From a virus, in the IMG/VR virus record IMGVR_UViG_3300024344_000004, positions 237 to 64,236 of that record: 64,000 nucleotides of DNA; one strand, given 5' to 3'. Below, piece by piece: positions 19,204-28,312 of the stretch. A program made the translations under genes and the position numbers. Within the stretch, counting starts at the first letter, position 1. The number at the start of each line of letters is the position of its first letter. A model generated the notes under the pieces. That model did no database searches and was not told the origin of the DNA. It was given only the letters and a program-made list of their open reading frames with translations.

Positions 19204-20460
19204 TTAATCACCTTTTAGATAGTAGTCTCTGTTCAATTTGATTTTTCCATCAACTACTTTCATACCGAACTCTCTTTTGGTTTCTGGTACTTCACCTTCG
19301 TCAGATGATTTACCTTTTCCGAAAGAACGTTCGACGTCGTTGCTTGGCTCAGGCATTGCTGCTAGAGCGTCGCTAAATCCAGTCAATCTGGATTCATCCC
19401 AAGCGGAAAGTTCTTCGACACGAGCATCCTTTTTGTCTTCTTCGATTGAACCGAATAAGATTTCTTTGGATATAATTGCTTCTACTGCTTCAACTTTTCT
19501 TGCTTCTGCTTCTTTGGTTAATCGGTCTTCTTCTGCTTTCTTGAAAGTTTCTAATTCTTTCATAGCTGCTTTGAATTCAGATTCGATTTCCTTTTTAGAT
19601 GCTTCTGCTTCTTCAAGTTGTGTGCGTAGAGAAGCGAACTCGCGTTCGACAATGCTTTCTGCGTCGGATTTTACAGTTGTTTCTTTTGTCTCTTCTGACA
19701 TATTTACCTCTGTTTGTTCTGACTCGCATCCACAATTTCCTTCTTGGCCACCACAACCACAGTCGTGGTCGTCTTCAGGTTCTTGTGAATCACATTTCGT
19801 TTCTATAGTACATTCTTTACAGACTGGGTCCATCTTTTCATTGTCAATGAAACTTACCTCTGTAGGACGAATATTAGTGGCATAATTGTCACCCATGACG
19901 TCAATATCATTTGAAAACCAATCAATACTAACATGTGTCATGTCTCCTTCCTTAACTTTATTCATTACCTCTTGACCGCGGCCATGTTTATTAGATACTG
20001 TTGCCAACATCTTGATTGCGGTCTTTCCATTGTCCATCTCGACCAACTCAGGTTTCGTTGCCATGCCGATTAGGTCCTCAGTTGTTCTCTGATGGTCTAC
20101 ATATATGGGGAGTTCTGAAAATTTAGTTAAACTATCTTTCAACATACCTCCTTCTATATAAACTTTATGTTCTTCTCCGTCAACCTCATATTCATGAGGT
20201 CCGGATGTAATAGCGATAACTGGGAATGATACAGAGTCGACTCCCTCATCGCTGGAAAATGTCATATCTTCACCGTCAGCCACTGCTAATGCGAATGACC
20301 TACGAACAGGTTCAGTACTTTTGCCCTCTGCAAATTCCCGCTCTACGCCATTCTCATGAGCCCACATGCTACACATGCCGGCTGCAATCTCTTCGGGGTT
20401 ATCAAAACCCCTTTTCTTCAGGTTAGCTTTTGTGTCTAACATACATTTGTCGAATGTCAT
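19204..20460 (-). CDS. Prohead protease-scaffold fusion
   Basis: YVDHQR, HVSIDW, EVSFID protease-like motifs, Cys-rich linker, C-terminal coiled coil. Confidence 0.82.
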   Translation of the reverse strand: MTFDKCMLDTKANLKKRGFDNPEEIAAGMCSMWAHENGVEREFAEGKSTEPVRRSFALAVADGEDMTFSSDEGVDSVSFPVIAITSGPHEYEVDGEEHKVYIEGGMLKDSLTKFSELPIYVDHQRTTEDLIGMATKPELVEMDNGKTAIKMLATVSNKHGRGQEVMNKVKEGDMTHVSIDWFSNDIDVMGDNYATNIRPTEVSFIDNEKMDPVCKECTIETKCDSQEPEDDHDCGCGGQEGNCGCESEQTEVNMSEETKETTVKSDAESIVEREFASLRTQLEEAEASKKEIESEFKAAMKELETFKKAEEDRLTKEAEARKVEAVEAIISKEILFGSIEEDKKDARVEELSAWDESRLTGFSDALAAMPEPSNDVERSFGKGKSSDEGEVPETKREFGMKVVDGKIKLNRDYYLKGD

Positions 20461-21764
20461 GCTCTATCTCCTGTTGCGTTTGCGGAGGGTTTATTTCCCC
20501 TATTTTGTGCTCTAGCGGATTCTTCTTTCTTATCTTCGTTTTTTCCGCCAGAAATATTAGCATTCTTATCACTTTGTTCTTGTTTGATTGGTGATGCCTT
20601 AATATCTTCAGAAGTTTCCATATCTAGTTCAGCTACTCCTTCAGGGTCAAGACCTCTTTCCTCTCTCACTTCACCGGGTGATAATACACCTTCTGACAAA
20701 TAAATCATATCTGTCTTAGCTTTAGTGAATGCGTCATCTGTATTAATTTGCCTAAACTTAAATTTAGCATCGCCTGACTCTAATTGAGGCATCAGCTGGG
20801 AATTAAGTGCTCCCTCTATCATTGTTTGTAGGTATCTAACGTAAGGTTCAAATATTGGACGAGCCTTTTCAGGGTCTGTCCACATTGTTTTTGGTGTTTT
20901 TAATGCTAAATGAATTTTATCTAATATATCATCTGTATATTTACCATATTCAAAAGCACGTTGTGTACCTTGTAACTCTTTGATAGTTATGTCGTTTCCA
21001 TGGATTATATCTTCACCGGGCGCTAAAGTATTAAAAGCATCTACAATTTCATTAATTTTATCTGGACCATATGGCATATCTGGTAAACCACATGATACAT
21101 CAAATCGACTAGATGCATATTTATTAAGGGCTGCACCAATATCTCTTTCTGCATAATCTTTTAAATCCACTAAATAGAGAATAGGATGTATATCTGATAA
21201 ACCATAAGCAAAATCATCGAATTGATTATTTTTCAACTCTATAATCTCACTTTCTTCAAACCTAACGTTTTCTTCATCATCACCTATTTTTTGATAATAA
21301 TATTCTATTTGTCCGTGCTCATTTCTTTTAACAAACATATTTTGACTAGAACGTACAATTAAATTATCTCCTGTCCATTCTAAATACCCTGTACCAAAAA
21401 TACGAGCATTTCTTATCCATCCATATAAAATATGTTCAATATTTATATCACGGAACATTTCTTCTAACTCTTCCCTTACATTGTCATCGGCTGTAACTAT
21501 ATCAAAATTATCTTTGACAGCATACAAGCAAGGTAAATCAATTAGACTTCTTACAATAGGGTCTGATAGGTAAACATTCATATAAGTTCTATTTTTACCA
21601 ATGTGTGGCTCATAGTCCTTATTTTGTGCAAATCCACCGAATCCCTTATTTATTTTAAGTCTTTGAATTACTCCCGCACCGTAACTTCGTGGGTCGTCTT
21701 TTTTATACGCAGGATTGCCACCAACTCGGGCAAAAGTGCGTCTAACTCTATCTATAAACGACAT
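20457..21764 (-). CDS. Portal protein
   Basis: 435 aa; IFGTGYLEW, YGLSDI, GVLSPGEVREERG motifs; between TerL and protease. Confidence 0.88.
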   Translation of the reverse strand: MSFIDRVRRTFARVGGNPAYKKDDPRSYGAGVIQRLKINKGFGGFAQNKDYEPHIGKNRTYMNVYLSDPIVRSLIDLPCLYAVKDNFDIVTADDNVREELEEMFRDINIEHILYGWIRNARIFGTGYLEWTGDNLIVRSSQNMFVKRNEHGQIEYYYQKIGDDEENVRFEESEIIELKNNQFDDFAYGLSDIHPILYLVDLKDYAERDIGAALNKYASSRFDVSCGLPDMPYGPDKINEIVDAFNTLAPGEDIIHGNDITIKELQGTQRAFEYGKYTDDILDKIHLALKTPKTMWTDPEKARPIFEPYVRYLQTMIEGALNSQLMPQLESGDAKFKFRQINTDDAFTKAKTDMIYLSEGVLSPGEVREERGLDPEGVAELDMETSEDIKASPIKQEQSDKNANISGGKNEDKKEESARAQNRGNKPSANATGDRA

Positions 21765-21790
21765 GGCTATTTATAATTAACTCTGATGGG

Positions 21791-21803
21791 TATATAAAGT
21801 TTT
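21791..21803 (-). promoter_or_regulatory. BRE-TATA promoter of the portal-capsid operon
   Basis: Minus strand AAAACTTTATATA about 26 nt before the portal ATG. Confidence 0.7.
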
Positions 21804-21805
21804 TG

Positions 21806-23476
21806 TTAGATTCCCCTTAAGGATTGCTTTAAAAGTCTAGGATTGCGTCTAGTTGTCGCAAAAAGTGGCCGTTTACTATAGGTTCCTGCGTTATTAGCGT
21901 TATTTCTACTTATTGGTCTAGATACAACACCTGCACCATAGTTTCCTGTCATAGGTAGCATACTTAAAGTAGCATGTAACCCCATTGCAGAACTATCACA
22001 ATAATCATCGTGTTTACCACTTGGTGCTGAAATCTTTTCAGTTTTATCAGCAGCATCCATTGTATATTCTAAATCAATATGTTCTCTTGTCCACTTGTGA
22101 ATTAACTTAGCTTCATTAGCAGGTAAGTTTTCAGGATTAGGTACTCTTACTCTTCCTTGTTGAATATATGATTGGAAATCTCTGTACATCTGAGTTTTAG
22201 TCCCTTTGGGACCACCTGTAAAAACAAACGCCACAAAATGTATATTAGCATCTAAACACCCTATCCGTAAGTCTTGTTCAACCGCACCACCAATACCAGT
22301 ACAGTCCACAATGAGACGAGTAGCCCCAAGACCAAGGGCAACATCCATAATACGTTTACGTTGGTATGGAATATCATGTCCACCAGTTCTGGGGTTGATT
22401 TCTTCAACGTAAATAAGTCGTGCAATATTTTCTTTGTCAGATTTATCAAGGGACCATGCACTAATGACAGTAGAATTAACAGATTTGCCAATGTCAACAC
22501 TAACATTAATATTGCTTCCTCCCGACTGTCCATCCCCATCCAACCTAGTAAGTTTGTAATCATCATAACACCTTTTTATTTTTTCTGCATTAAACACATT
22601 CGATACCGACTCTACAAATTCACATTCATATTCAGTTCGCCAATGTATGGAGTCTTCTCCCCACTCCATCATTTTATCTAACATTTCTTCGTCTGTGTAA
22701 GGTGCTGAATAAGCTTCACCTTTGTTCACTGCATCTCTCCATGTATAGTGTAATCTTTTAAAAGTATCTGCATAGCCGTCGTCATATAAATATTTATACA
22801 TGTGGTTATCTTTAGACTTAGGTGTACCCAAATTAATAAAAGGAGCTTTATTAGCAACAATAGAAGGCTCTACATTATCAATGAACAACTTATCGTCGAT
22901 GAGTGGAGACTCATCAACAACTAAGAAAGTAGGGTGTTGCCCTCGTATAGCTTGACCTTGGTTACTAGGCGCTAATGGAGCTCTACGCATTATTGTGCCC
23001 CCCTTAAGTGTTATATTGGGCTTGTTATGAAAACGATAATTCTTAACTAAGCCATTCAAAAAAGGGTTATCAGCAAAATGTCTATAACAATAATTAAATA
23101 TTAAAGCTGCTTGGTCTTCTGTAGGAGCAAGTATAAATACTAAATCTCTAAATCTATTAAAAAACATATATATAGTTACCGCTACAGACAATGCGAACGA
23201 TTTCCCACTGCCTCGTGGAGCTAAGATAGCTAATTTGGTTTGTTTACCATCATCTCTTTCCATTAAACATTCTAATACTATATCTTCTTGTAGTGGTCTT
23301 AATTTTAAAGGACGTTGTTTACCATCAATTAAATATGTTGTACAAAAAGCTCTAAGCAATTTGCGCATTTTTTCTTTATCTCGTCTACAACTTTTGAATA
23401 TATTCTCTAAAGAGCGTGAATCTAATCCACCTTTACCTGTCAACAGGCTCTTCAGAGGGCTTTTGGGTTTCGTCAT
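21806..23476 (-). CDS. terL: Terminase large subunit
   Basis: Walker A APRGSGKS, Walker B LVVDES, LGTP coupling motif, RNase H-like VSVDIG...IVDCTGIG...HDDYCDS. Confidence 0.95.
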   Translation of the reverse strand: MTKPKSPLKSLLTGKGGLDSRSLENIFKSCRRDKEKMRKLLRAFCTTYLIDGKQRPLKLRPLQEDIVLECLMERDDGKQTKLAILAPRGSGKSFALSVAVTIYMFFNRFRDLVFILAPTEDQAALIFNYCYRHFADNPFLNGLVKNYRFHNKPNITLKGGTIMRRAPLAPSNQGQAIRGQHPTFLVVDESPLIDDKLFIDNVEPSIVANKAPFINLGTPKSKDNHMYKYLYDDGYADTFKRLHYTWRDAVNKGEAYSAPYTDEEMLDKMMEWGEDSIHWRTEYECEFVESVSNVFNAEKIKRCYDDYKLTRLDGDGQSGGSNINVSVDIGKSVNSTVISAWSLDKSDKENIARLIYVEEINPRTGGHDIPYQRKRIMDVALGLGATRLIVDCTGIGGAVEQDLRIGCLDANIHFVAFVFTGGPKGTKTQMYRDFQSYIQQGRVRVPNPENLPANEAKLIHKWTREHIDLEYTMDAADKTEKISAPSGKHDDYCDSSAMGLHATLSMLPMTGNYGAGVVSRPISRNNANNAGTYSKRPLFATTRRNPRLLKQSLRGI

Positions 23477-23768
23477 CGGATAATTCTCCTAAAAACGAAG
23501 CAAATGCTTCAGTATTTTTCTCTACAGTTGTTGGCACTTCAATATTTAATGCTCTGAATTCAGTATGTATGTCTTTAACGATTGTATTTCTTTGACGCAA
23601 GAGCTCTGTTCTCGCGTTAACATCCCGAATACATACAAGAATTTCTTCCCACAATATATCTTCAAGAGCAAGATTGCGCGCCAGAAGACGGACAAGCTCT
23701 TTATGACGTTCATATTCAGCTTCTCCTACCCTCTGACGTAATCTTTGCTCGTATTCCTCTACGTTCAA
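23433..23768 (-). CDS. Putative terminase small subunit
   Basis: 111 aa helical protein directly upstream of and overlapping TerL. Confidence 0.6.
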   Translation of the reverse strand: MNVEEYEQRLRQRVGEAEYERHKELVRLLARNLALEDILWEEILVCIRDVNARTELLRQRNTIVKDIHTEFRALNIEVPTTVEKNTEAFASFLGELSDDETQKPSEEPVDR

Positions 23769-24193
23769 AGCGCTTTGCCTTCATCAAGACTAGCCTTGAC
23801 TTTGGACTTTACTAAGGCAGCAAGTTCATCGTCTTTTTCATCCCAAGCAGTAATTAAAACATTACGAACTAAAGAATCTTTAACGTGTTTTTGTGCTGTC
23901 TCGTCTAGCTTTTCAAAAGCTTTTATCTGGGCTTTTGTTAGATTTTTATCAAGTAAATCCATCAATTCAGCTTCATTGTTCTTTAAGTATTTAAAGACTA
24001 ACTCTTTAACTGCTGGTACGGTATAGGCTACATAAGCTCCTAGACCTAATACTAAAGCAGCTAAGGCTGCTAATAATGGTTCATCCATTAATGCATCTAA
24101 CATTCCAGATTCTTCTACAGTCTCGAGAATTGCAGTTATGTTTCCATCATCTGCTGTCTCATTTGCGGCTGTGTTATTATTTGTTTCATTCAT
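23765..24193 (-). CDS. Single-TM helical protein (first gene of packaging operon)
   Basis: Start moved to ATG 24193 because 24213-24274 is a leader hairpin; hydrophobic LLAALAALVLGLGAYVAYTV. Confidence 0.55.
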   Translation of the reverse strand: MNETNNNTAANETADDGNITAILETVEESGMLDALMDEPLLAALAALVLGLGAYVAYTVPAVKELVFKYLKNNEAELMDLLDKNLTKAQIKAFEKLDETAQKHVKDSLVRNVLITAWDEKDDELAALVKSKVKASLDEGKAL

Positions 24194-24212
24194 ATATTGA
24201 TATTTCCATATT

Positions 24213-24304
24213 GGGACTCTCACGTGGCACTTGCGATAAGAACCTGTGAGGCAATGGCCCTAAGGCGAGAGCCCATACATAATTAGAAGCTCTACCTATA
24301 TAAA
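24213..24304 (-). promoter_or_regulatory. TATA promoter (24297-24304) plus 5-prime leader stem-loop (24213-24274)
   Basis: AAGCTTTATATA; 23 nt later GGGCTCTCGC...GTGAGAGTCCC closes a 62-nt structure. Confidence 0.65.
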
Positions 24305-24306
24305 GC

Positions 24307-24594
24307 TTACCATTTAACTTTATTAGCCCAGTATGCAGCAGACATCTTTCCCCTTTTAATATTCTTAGCGTGACGCGCTTTAAAACTCTTTCTTCGGGCT
24401 TTGGATTTCTTGTCTGTTTTCTTACCTGCTGTAGTAACGCCTTGTTGACCGAACCTAATTAGTTTAGTTTTGGTTCCTTCTTTAGCTACAACTACGTGGG
24501 ATTTTTTAGGATGATTAGGGGTTCTTTTAGGTTTGTTATAACCTGATACTCCTGCTCTAGTTAATTTAGCATCTTTTTTCTTTTTAGGTGCCAT
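24307..24594 (-). CDS. Highly basic small protein (marine-phage RRKSF.ARH...SA.YW type)
   Basis: 95 aa, very K/R-rich; motif recalled from marine phages. Confidence 0.6.
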   Translation of the reverse strand: MAPKKKKDAKLTRAGVSGYNKPKRTPNHPKKSHVVVAKEGTKTKLIRFGQQGVTTAGKKTDKKSKARRKSFKARHAKNIKRGKMSAAYWANKVKW

Positions 24595-24866
24595 TATTTC
24601 TTTTTTCCTTTCTTTGGTCTTAAACTTGGATATTTCTTATATACAGCTCGTTTAATTCCAGCAGGACGTGGAGCATTGTGAGCTAACTTAAGAGCTGATT
24701 TAGCTCTCTTTAGTGTATTGATAGGAAAACTACCTTTGGGAGCTCCCCCTGAAGGTCCAGCAAATGCTATACCTTTTTTATACTTTCCTACGTTAGAACC
24801 ACCCTTTCTCTTACGTGCTGCTGCTTGTTTCTTTTTAACTGCTGTTGTTTTCTTCTTAGGTGCCAT
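24594..24866 (-). CDS. Highly basic small protein
   Basis: 90 aa K/R-rich; FPINT.KRAKSAL..AH motif. Confidence 0.6.
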   Translation of the reverse strand: MAPKKKTTAVKKKQAAARKRKGGSNVGKYKKGIAFAGPSGGAPKGSFPINTLKRAKSALKLAHNAPRPAGIKRAVYKKYPSLRPKKGKKK

Positions 24867-25036
24867 TATTTCTTCTTCCTTTTGTAAGTCCTCTTCTTGG
24901 CAGTCTTAGCTGCTCTTTTGAACTGTTTTTTAGTAGGCGCACCTTTAGTTCCGGGTTTTCTCATTTTTTCCTTAGAACCTTTTTTGATGCGTCGACGTTT
25001 AGCATGTATGTTAGCATATAAACCTTTTTTAGCCAT
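24866..25036 (-). CDS. Highly basic 56-aa protein (MAKKGLYANIHAKRRRIKKGSKEKMRKPG...)
   Basis: Translated by hand, absent from track; TAATG coupling to the next gene; resembles a common marine-phage family. Confidence 0.75.
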   Translation of the reverse strand: MAKKGLYANIHAKRRRIKKGSKEKMRKPGTKGAPTKKQFKRAAKTAKKRTYKRKKK

Positions 25037-25044
25037 ACTAACTC

Positions 25045-25287
25045 CTATTTGTATTTATTTTTAGAATGTTGCTTTTTGCCTATGTGGTGACCGTGTCTTT
25101 CTCTTATTTCTATTTCAGTTACGTCTCTGATTTGTTTGAGAGCTTCTTTTTTAGATATAGCTTTCTTTTCTAAAGCGTGGGTCTTACCACCTACATGGCT
25201 AAAAACTTTTTCCCCAGAACCACTCTTACGCATTGTAAGAGTCTTGTCAATGTTCTCTTTTTTATTTGTTTTATATACACTTGCCAT
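25045..25287 (-). CDS. Basic hypothetical protein
   Basis: 80 aa in the co-oriented operon. Confidence 0.55.
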   Translation of the reverse strand: MASVYKTNKKENIDKTLTMRKSGSGEKVFSHVGGKTHALEKKAISKKEALKQIRDVTEIEIRERHGHHIGKKQHSKNKYK

Positions 25288-25294
25288 GGTTGAC

Positions 25295-25567
25295 CTATTG
25301 TGTGTTCCTATCTGAGTTTTTTACTCTTGGTGCGTCATCTGCAAAGTTGACGTTAGGTGTTTGATTCTCGTAACCACCCATATACATTTCTTCTGTGCTA
25401 GGTTTATTTGCTGGTATAGCTTCTTTAAAAGATGTAATAGGCTTGTGATAAGCCATTTCATCTATTTCAGCTTTTGTTGGTTTAGCAAAATCTAACTCCA
25501 TGTCTGGGTTGTTTCCGTGAAAATGTTCACCTGCTTCTATTGATTTGTATTGTTTTTCTGTAGGCAT
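25295..25567 (-). CDS. Hypothetical protein
   Basis: 90 aa in the co-oriented operon. Confidence 0.55.
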   Translation of the reverse strand: MPTEKQYKSIEAGEHFHGNNPDMELDFAKPTKAEIDEMAYHKPITSFKEAIPANKPSTEEMYMGGYENQTPNVNFADDAPRVKNSDRNTQ

Positions 25568-25569
25568 GT

Positions 25570-25641
25570 TTATTCCTCGTCTTTACAGCAGTCACAACTG
25601 CATGTGCTGTCACAGCATCCGTTTATTGTATGTTCTATCAT
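25570..25641 (-). CDS. 23-aa Cys-rich metallothionein-like micropeptide
   Basis: MIEHTINGCCDSTCSCDCCKDEE; ATGA overlap with the upstream stop; fills the gap exactly. Confidence 0.6.
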   Translation of the reverse strand: MIEHTINGCCDSTCSCDCCKDEE

Positions 25642-26168
25642 TTTTTTGTCTCCATTTTATGTTCTTGTTCTTGTGCCTTAGTTTCTATCATTTGGTCTTG
25701 TTTCTGAGCAGCATCGTTATAATCGATAACAGCTTGTGCTTTTATCTTATAGAATGCAGTCTTCTCAGCTTGTTCTTGTTTCCAAACATCTAAAGCATCT
25801 TTAATAATCAGAAGGGCTGGCCCACCTAATATAGCTATCAAAGTTGTATATGCTTCAATGTTTTCAAGGACGGCTGAATTGTTAAGTCCTGTGTGTATAA
25901 CAAATCCAGCAAACCCAACCCAAAGTAAAACTAAAGGTACAGCAATCATAAACATAAAAATATCGTTGAAGGTTACTCCTTCTCCTTTTTCTTTACTCAT
26001 TCTTGGTATCTCCTTTTTTGTTTTTTCTTTTGGCACTTCTACTAGTTGAGGTTTTCTTTTTCTTAATGCGTGGCGCGCAAAATTCACAAGTACCCCGAAA
26101 GCAAGCACAACGGCCAATAAAGCCATTAGAACTGCTAATATTTCTAGTATTACAATCCATTCAATCAT
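25638..26168 (-). CDS. Three-TM membrane protein (possible holin-like)
   Basis: Three hydrophobic segments plus a charged C-tail. Confidence 0.55.
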   Translation of the reverse strand: MIEWIVILEILAVLMALLAVVLAFGVLVNFARHALRKRKPQLVEVPKEKTKKEIPRMSKEKGEGVTFNDIFMFMIAVPLVLLWVGFAGFVIHTGLNNSAVLENIEAYTTLIAILGGPALLIIKDALDVWKQEQAEKTAFYKIKAQAVIDYNDAAQKQDQMIETKAQEQEHKMETKK

Positions 26169-26352
26169 TCCTCCTCATCCACTCCACTGTAGTTGTCTAA
26201 AAAGGATTCGTTTACTGAATCTCTAATCATTGCTTTTAAGTCATCTACTTCTGATATAAGTTTAGCTAACATGTTGGTTAGAATGAGCATTTGTGGTGCT
26301 TTCACTCTTCTTCCTCCCCTATAGCTTCTAAAAGTTTCTTATATCGTTTCAT
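26165..26352 (-). CDS. Two coupled micro-ORFs (16 aa 26302-26352; 46 aa 26165-26305)
   Basis: ATGA and GTGA start/stop overlaps chain the flanking genes without gaps. Confidence 0.5.
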
Positions 26353-27299
26353 GGTTCCTCCAGTGTTATATCAGTCGCCCACCAAGAGCTAACGTATTCA
26401 TACGTTCCATTTCTTCCCCAATCTGCATACAAGCTAGTATAAATAGTATACCACCCAGTATAAGGTGAGGTAAAATATTCTGGACCAGAACTTAACTGAT
26501 GTTCGTTCTCTTCCCATCCAGTAATATTAAAAAAGTAATTGTTATACATATAACCGTTCCATACTGTTTCATTATCTTCTACCTTTATATGACCTACGTC
26601 ATACCATATCATTACAGGTAGTGTATCTTGGTCACAGTTGGTGTCTATATCTACTGTAATATTTAAAGAGTTGTCTTCTCTAGAATAGTTTCCATATTGT
26701 AAACCATTGTAATAATAAGTTTGGTTAGATGTACATTCGTATTCTTCATACTCACAACTACCGTCATCTTCTTCAGCTCGGTCGTTGTAGTTCTGTGCTT
26801 CTATATCCATACAACCATAAACTGTTTCATTGGTTTGTGTTTGATTACCAGTGCCATTGTCTATTGGTCCGCCAAGGAACTGACACCTACCATTATCATG
26901 AGTAGCTTGTGGGTTATAATTATCTGCATCGGGGTTAGTACATCCATACACAACAGGAGGAGGGAATACACAACTACCATTGTCAAAAGTTGCATCTTTT
27001 TTATAATTGACAGCTGAAACGTCCATACATCCACCCTTTGATATGGGCTCTTCCTCTCCTCCGAAAATGTCTTCAAACGCACTTAAATCTCCTCCGCCTC
27101 CAAAAAAGGCTATAATTAAAACTGTAAGAATTGAACCAAGTTTTTTACCTAGTTGTGTCTCACCAAGTTTATCTCCAGCCTTTCCGATAGTCTCAAAAAG
27201 ACCTTCATCATCTTCATCAGGTTTTCTACCTCCTATCCCTAATGCTTCTCTTTCTTCATCAGAGATTACAGAGATAGCTCCATAATCATCGCGCGCCAT
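26349..27299 (-). CDS. Membrane-anchored surface protein with three GC(M/T)x..A.NY...A..D(D/N)G.C repeats
   Basis: One TM (LGSILTVLIIAFFGG); GCMDVSAVNY..DNGSC, GCTNPDADNY..DNGRC, GCMDIEAQNY..DDGSC; own leaderless promoter at 27322-27329. Confidence 0.75.
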   Translation of the reverse strand: MARDDYGAISVISDEEREALGIGGRKPDEDDEGLFETIGKAGDKLGETQLGKKLGSILTVLIIAFFGGGGDLSAFEDIFGGEEEPISKGGCMDVSAVNYKKDATFDNGSCVFPPPVVYGCTNPDADNYNPQATHDNGRCQFLGGPIDNGTGNQTQTNETVYGCMDIEAQNYNDRAEEDDGSCEYEEYECTSNQTYYYNGLQYGNYSREDNSLNITVDIDTNCDQDTLPVMIWYDVGHIKVEDNETVWNGYMYNNYFFNITGWEENEHQLSSGPEYFTSPYTGWYTIYTSLYADWGRNGTYEYVSSWWATDITLEEP

Positions 27300-27337
27300 G
27301 TATTTATTTACATGACGCTGGTATTTAAAGATTGTCC

Positions 27338-28312
27338 TTAATCGAAGTCAGGAAACTGTGATTGCGATTCTACATCTAACTCTTTTTTCAAAGATGTATC
27401 AATGTCTGAATAGTTTTCTTTTTTACGTTTCTTAAACTTAGGTTCCCACTTAGGTACTTCAGCGTCACAAGGCCCACCGTTACTTTTATGGAAAGAACAC
27501 CACTTACATAAATTCTGAGGCTTTTGCTCATATCTATCTTCGTACTCTTCGCGTTCCTTTATACAGTCATGTACCATCTTAATTAAGTCTTTAGCTTCAT
27601 CAAGCACTTCTTGATTAACCTTAACGAAAAAGGTATCATCAAAGCGGAGGTAATTAACGCCTACGAATGTCGGCATCTCGCCCATCTCTAATGTGTATAA
27701 GAAAGCATAGATAATCAACTGGCGATAATATTCCTCTGGTAAGTATGCTCCGTAGCGCTTACTCGTTTTATAATCGAGCAATGTAGTACCACCATCAAAG
27801 TCACTACATACAACATCAATGACTCCTACTATTGCATACTCTTTTGACTTAACCCATTTCTCAGCATACTTAGGTGCTACTGCGTTCCATGCTTGTTGTT
27901 TATTCTTATATATCTTCCACGAAACCATCTCAGTTAGTTTCTTGTCGACGGAGTCGACGAAGTTCTGTAGTAGAGCTTCAGTTTCTTTGTACATCGCATC
28001 CATCTCTTCGTTAGTGTGTACTTCCCATAACCATTTATGTTTAGCTATCTTTTCTTCCCATCCATCTTCAAACTGTCTTTGTACCCAAAGTTTAGGGACT
28101 CCTTTCTCCCACTGAGGTAATGTCTTGAATTGTTTCTTAAACAAGTCTTCTAATACTTGGTGGACTAGTGTACCTCTAAATAAATGTATAGTTTTCTTTT
28201 GAGGTAACTTAGCTATATAATTATAATAGAACTCTCTAGGACATTTAAGGTATGTATTAATCTTAGAGGGACTTAACCTCATGTGACTGGCAGTCCATTT
28301 AGTGCTCGACAT
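27338..28312 (-). CDS. Cas4/AddB-like PD-(D/E)XK exonuclease with four Fe-S-type Cys
   Basis: LSPSKINTYLKCP, GTLVH, GVIDVV, LLDYKTS, QLIIYA, CKWCSF...C. Confidence 0.9.
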   Translation of the reverse strand: MSSTKWTASHMRLSPSKINTYLKCPREFYYNYIAKLPQKKTIHLFRGTLVHQVLEDLFKKQFKTLPQWEKGVPKLWVQRQFEDGWEEKIAKHKWLWEVHTNEEMDAMYKETEALLQNFVDSVDKKLTEMVSWKIYKNKQQAWNAVAPKYAEKWVKSKEYAIVGVIDVVCSDFDGGTTLLDYKTSKRYGAYLPEEYYRQLIIYAFLYTLEMGEMPTFVGVNYLRFDDTFFVKVNQEVLDEAKDLIKMVHDCIKEREEYEDRYEQKPQNLCKWCSFHKSNGGPCDAEVPKWEPKFKKRKKENYSDIDTSLKKELDVESQSQFPDFD

